DNA from: Desulfuromonadales bacterium | GTDB lineage: Bacteria > Desulfobacterota > Desulfuromonadia > Desulfuromonadales > SZUA-540 | DNA length: 64,000 nucleotides | Direction of reading: 5' to 3' | NCBI GenBank assembly: GCA_033549025.1 | Contig: JAWSUS010000001.1 | Location: 235,685 to 299,684, forward strand | Shown here: one piece after another, positions 60,340 to 64,000 of the stretch | How positions within the stretch are numbered: position 1 is the stretch's first letter | Layout of the letters: every line of letters starts with the position of its first letter | Notes under the pieces: model-generated | The model's input: the letters and a program-made list of their open reading frames with translations, nothing else | The model's database searches: none | Told to the model about the DNA's origin: nothing | Translations under genes and position numbers: made by a program

Positions 60340-60897
60340 TTGGACCTGATGAGGATTTTCAACACCTATTACCCGCCGGGTACCAAGGCCCACGACATCC
60401 TGCTGCGCCACAGCCGCAAGGTGACCGAGAAGGCCGGCCTGATTGCCGAAAAACTCGGCAGCAGCCGTGTCAACCTGAAGTTCGTGCAGGAAGCGGCCTT
60501 CCTGCACGATATCGGCATCTGCCGTACCCACGCCCCCGAACTGGGCTGTCACGGCGACCTGCCGTATCTGGCCCACGGCTACAAAGGCCGGGAACTGCTG
60601 GAAGAGGAAGGCTTCCCCCGCCATGCCCTCGTCTGCGAACGTCATATCGGAGTGGGCCTGACGGCAAGGGAGATCGAGCGCGACAAGCTGCCTCTGCCCG
60701 TACGGAACATGGTACCCAAAACCCTGGAGGAAGAGATCGTGGCCTACGCCGATCCCTTCTTTTCCAAAAACCCGCTGGAGAATGACGAGGAACGGTCGGT
60801 GGAGGCCGTCCGCCAGAGCCTGGCGCGCTTCGGTCGCGACAAGGTGATCGTCTTCGACCAGTGGCACCGCTATTTTTCCACCGGCGTGCCTGTCTGA
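60340..60897 (+). CDS. HD (HDIG) domain phosphohydrolase
   Basis: HS..V, LHDIG, H...G, ERHIGVG, YAD.FFSK; RBS AAGGAG, TTG start. Confidence 0.88.
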   Translation: MDLMRIFNTYYPPGTKAHDILLRHSRKVTEKAGLIAEKLGSSRVNLKFVQEAAFLHDIGICRTHAPELGCHGDLPYLAHGYKGRELLEEEGFPRHALVCERHIGVGLTAREIERDKLPLPVRNMVPKTLEEEIVAYADPFFSKNPLENDEERSVEAVRQSLARFGRDKVIVFDQWHRYFSTGVPV

Positions 60898-60910
60898 GAA
60901 AGGACTGTGG

Positions 60911-62437
60911 ATGGAAGCTTGGCTGCAGGAGCTCTTTGCCTGGCTGCCGCAGGGCGGCAGTTACTACCTGCTTATCGCCTTCATCTCCCTCTTTGAATCC
61001 ATCGTCGGCATCGGTCTGCTCATGCCGGGGAGTGTGCTGGTGGTCTTTGCCGGGTTCCTGGCCGCCAGCGGCAAAGGGGCGATCCTTCCCCTGATGGGGA
61101 GCGCCGCCCTTGGTGCTTTGCTCGGCGACCTGCTCAGCTTCTGGCTGGGAGCGCGGCTGGGGGCTCAGCTCATGCAGAGCCCCTTCCTGCATAAACGTCG
61201 CGCCCTGGTCCACCGGGCGGAGGCTTTTTTCGCCGCACATGGCGGTAAGAGCGTCTTTATGGGGCGCTTTACCGGCCCCATCCGCGGCTTCATCCCCTTT
61301 GTCGCCGGCAGCTCTCGCATGCGGCCGATGCCCTTTGTCCTCTATACGCTGATCAGCGCCATCCTCTGGGGGCTCTGCTATCCAGGACTTGGCTACCTCG
61401 GCGGCGCCAGCTGGCAGCAGGTCCGGCGGCTGACCGGGCAGCTGAGCCTGGCGGTGACGGCCTTGGTGGTGCTGCTGATTCTCAACGGCCTCTTCTGGAA
61501 AAAACTGGCGCCGCGGCTGGTCGACCTGGGCACGCGCGGATGGCTGCGGCTGCGGCGGCAGGGTGAACGGCTTTTGCAGGGACCGACGGCGCAACGATTG
61601 CAGCGCCGCTATCCCCTGCTCTGGCAGTTTCTGGCTGACCGTTTCAGCCTGCGCAAAGGGGCCGGTCTCTACCTGACCACGGGGCTGCTTTTCAGTGCCC
61701 TCTTCGCCGCCCTCTTCGTCGGGTTGACCAACGCCATGCACATCCGGGAGCCTCTCTTTCGCTTCGACCAATGGGCTTACGCGGAAGTATCCAAGCTGAA
61801 ACACCCCGTGGCCGATGCCTTCTTTGTGGCCGTCACCACTCTGGGCAGTGCGGGAGTCGTGCTTATTCAGGCCCTGCTGGCCCTGTTCTGGCTGATGCTT
61901 TACCAGCGTTTCTTCTCGGCCACGATCCTCGCCGCCGGCACGCTAGGAGGGGAACTGCTCGTTTTTGCCCTTAAATTCGTCTTCGACCGCCCCCGCCCCA
62001 TCCCCCTGCTGCCCCATCTGGAGCCATTCAGCGCCAGTTTTCCCAGCGCCCACGCCTTTGTCGCCCTGGTCTTTTATGGTCTGTTGACCTATATGCTCCT
62101 CGACCATATCCGCGATTGGCAGTCACGGGCGGTTCTGCTTTTTTGCGGCAGCTTCGTCGCTTTGCTCATCGGCTTTAGCCGCATCTATCTGGGCGTTCAC
62201 TGGCTCAGTGACGTGCTGGCGGGCTTTGCCCTGGCGGCCATGTGGTTGACTTTTCTCATCACCGCCTCCGAAATTCGCCGCCGCTACGCCGGCGAGTTCC
62301 CCTGGCATTCTCGCTGGCCGCCCCTACAGTTCCCCCGGGGGATCCGGCTGGTGCTCCTGAGCCTGGGGATGACCGCTGCAATAGGCGGCGTCATTCTGCT
62401 CATCCGTGCCCAACTGTTGCAAATGGGCTGGCCCTGA
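60911..62437 (+). CDS. Bifunctional DedA / PAP2 phosphatase membrane protein
   Basis: DedA: FES..G.G..MPG, GD..SFWLG, GRF.GP.R; PAP2: K..FDRPRP, SFPSAH, SRIYLGVHWLSD. Confidence 0.92.
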   Translation: MEAWLQELFAWLPQGGSYYLLIAFISLFESIVGIGLLMPGSVLVVFAGFLAASGKGAILPLMGSAALGALLGDLLSFWLGARLGAQLMQSPFLHKRRALVHRAEAFFAAHGGKSVFMGRFTGPIRGFIPFVAGSSRMRPMPFVLYTLISAILWGLCYPGLGYLGGASWQQVRRLTGQLSLAVTALVVLLILNGLFWKKLAPRLVDLGTRGWLRLRRQGERLLQGPTAQRLQRRYPLLWQFLADRFSLRKGAGLYLTTGLLFSALFAALFVGLTNAMHIREPLFRFDQWAYAEVSKLKHPVADAFFVAVTTLGSAGVVLIQALLALFWLMLYQRFFSATILAAGTLGGELLVFALKFVFDRPRPIPLLPHLEPFSASFPSAHAFVALVFYGLLTYMLLDHIRDWQSRAVLLFCGSFVALLIGFSRIYLGVHWLSDVLAGFALAAMWLTFLITASEIRRRYAGEFPWHSRWPPLQFPRGIRLVLLSLGMTAAIGGVILLIRAQLLQMGWP

Positions 62438-62505
62438 GACGTCAACTGTGGTAGAAAATGAGGCCGAAAAACCCGACTTTCACCCAACGCAAACAAGGAT
62501 CCGCC

Positions 62506-63531
62506 ATGAACATACGCATGCCTGCCGAATGGGAAAAACAGGACGGCGTCCTGCTCGCCTGGCCGCACCAGGACAGCGACTGGGAACAGCACCTGGATGT
62601 GGTCGAACCGGTCTTTCAGCGGCTCGCCACCGAGATCAGTCGTTTTGAGCGCGTCCTCATCGTCGCCCCCGACGTCGAACGCGTCCGCACGCAACTCGCC
62701 CGCACCGACGCGGACATGACGCGCATCCGCCTCTACGCCATCCCGACCAACGACACCTGGTCGCGAGATTTTGGGGCTATCACGTTCCTACGGGACGGCG
62801 CCCCCGTCCTTCTCGACTTCGGTTTCAACGGCTGGGGGCTCAAATTCGCCGCCCATCACGACAACCAGGTCAATCAGGCTCTGGCCAAAGCCGGCGCTTT
62901 CGGCTCTATCCCCCTTGAAATTCCCGGCCTCATCCTCGAAGGGGGCAGCCTGGAAAGCGATGGCCGCGGCACCCTGCTGACCACGGCGGAATGCCTGCTG
63001 AACCCCAACCGCAATCCGCACCTCTCCCGGCCGGAAATTGAGACCCGGTTGAGGGCTCTGCTGGGATTTGACCGCTTTTTGTGGTTGGAAAATGGCTACC
63101 TGGCTGGCGACGACACCGACTCGCACATCGACACCCTGGCCCGCCTCTGCCCCGACGATACCATCGTCTACGTCAGGTGCGATGATCCCGCCGATGAGCA
63201 TTTTGCGGCCCTCAAGAAAATGGAGGCCGAGTTGCAAGCCTTCCGGACCCGGGACGGTGCGCCCTATCGCCTGCTCCCCCTGCCCTGGCCCGGGGCCGCC
63301 TACGACGAGGACGGCGAACGTCTGCCCGCCACCTACGCCAACTTCCTGGTCATCAACGGGGCCGTACTGGTGCCAACCTACGATGATGCCCGGGATGAGC
63401 AGGCGCTGCAGGTCATCACCGAGGCCTTCCCCGGCCGCGAAATCATCGGCGTCAACTGCCTGCCGCTGATTCTGCAGCACGGCTCCCTGCACTGCGTCAC
63501 CATGCAGTTTCCCCAAGGAGTTCTGTCATGA
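62506..63531 (+). CDS. aguA: Agmatine deiminase family protein
   Basis: RMPAEW, NDTWSRDFG, FNGWG, LEGGS.E.DG.G, DDTDSHID, ATYANF, GSLHC.T.Q. Confidence 0.92.
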   Translation: MNIRMPAEWEKQDGVLLAWPHQDSDWEQHLDVVEPVFQRLATEISRFERVLIVAPDVERVRTQLARTDADMTRIRLYAIPTNDTWSRDFGAITFLRDGAPVLLDFGFNGWGLKFAAHHDNQVNQALAKAGAFGSIPLEIPGLILEGGSLESDGRGTLLTTAECLLNPNRNPHLSRPEIETRLRALLGFDRFLWLENGYLAGDDTDSHIDTLARLCPDDTIVYVRCDDPADEHFAALKKMEAELQAFRTRDGAPYRLLPLPWPGAAYDEDGERLPATYANFLVINGAVLVPTYDDARDEQALQVITEAFPGREIIGVNCLPLILQHGSLHCVTMQFPQGVLS

Positions 63532-64000
63532 AAAATCTCACCGTCGGACTGGTTCAGCAGTCCTGCAGCGCCGACCGCGAGGCCAATGTGCGCGCCAGCA
63601 TGGAGGGGATCCGCCGCGCCGCCGGAAAAGGGGCCCAGCTCGTCGTGCTGCAGGAGTTGCACACGGGACCGTACTTCTGCCAGAGCGAGGACACCGCCTG
63701 CTTCGACCAGGCCGAGACCATCCCGGGGCCGTCGACGGAAGAATTCGGCGCCCTGGCCAAAGAACTGGGCATCGTGCTGGTCACCTCGCTCTTTGAAAAA
63801 CGGGCGCCGGGACTCTATCACAACACGGCGGTGGTACTGGAGAAGGACGGTTCCATTGCTGGCATCTACCGCAAAATGCACATTCCCGACGACCCCGGCT
63901 ATTACGAAAAGTTCTACTTTACCCCCGGCGACCTGGGTTTTACTCCCATCGACACCTCCGTCGGCCGCCTGGGCGTGCTTGTCTGCTGGGATCAGTGGTA
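63528..64000 (+). CDS. aguB: N-carbamoylputrescine amidohydrolase (carbon-nitrogen hydrolase), 3'-truncated by window edge
   Basis: Not in the ORF track; ATG 63528 overlaps the aguA stop: MKNLTVGLVQQ..VLQELH..YFCQ..YRKMHIPDDPGYYEKFYF..LVCWDQW (E-K-C triad). Confidence 0.9.
   Translation, partial: MKNLTVGLVQQSCSADREANVRASMEGIRRAAGKGAQLVVLQELHTGPYFCQSEDTACFDQAETIPGPSTEEFGALAKELGIVLVTSLFEKRAPGLYHNTAVVLEKDGSIAGIYRKMHIPDDPGYYEKFYFTPGDLGFTPIDTSVGRLGVLVCWDQW

Overview
Gene-dense chromosomal window from a Desulfobacterota (Desulfuromonadales/Geobacterales-like) bacterium; the taxon is inferred from gene content and pilin sequence. It is dominated by type IV filament machinery. Left to right: (i) the 3' end of a Geobacter-type type II secretion locus (secretin with C-terminal cohesin-like domain, two pseudopilins); (ii) an orphan PAS histidine kinase, sbcDC, a two-RCK K+ channel and a three-gene islet next to tRNA-Leu(UAA); (iii) a ~33 kb co-oriented minus-strand run (11.0-44.1 kb), transcribed as DUF1015-rnr-ribF-aroE-pilB-pilT-pilC-pilS-pilR-pilA-ABC transporter/accessory genes-pilD-XRE-pilMNOPQ-aroK-aroB-TPR-mglC-like-aroQ-pepQ-accB-accC-lipoate ligase-hypothetical-TolC-mqnA; (iv) a second sensor kinase/sigma54 activator pair ahead of a minor-pilin/PilY1 cluster; (v) ferredoxin, MFS, RND efflux pair, HD protein, DedA-PAP2 fusion and aguA-aguB. 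Read directly from the DNA: three near-consensus and one weaker sigma54 promoter in front of pilus modules, candidate enhancer sites, and a consensus sigma70 promoter overlapped by a double palindrome ahead of the XRE gene. Protein-level oddities include a long single-chain Geobacter-like pilin, a His4 insert in the ferredoxin and a non-canonical SbcC hook. I saw no CRISPR array, rRNA, prophage or intact transposase, and I cannot support a wholly new system. The best leads are the pilus regulatory circuit, the myxobacteria-like contiguous pil/mglC cluster and the uncharacterised accessory proteins. All calls come from motif recognition by eye; no database searches were run.
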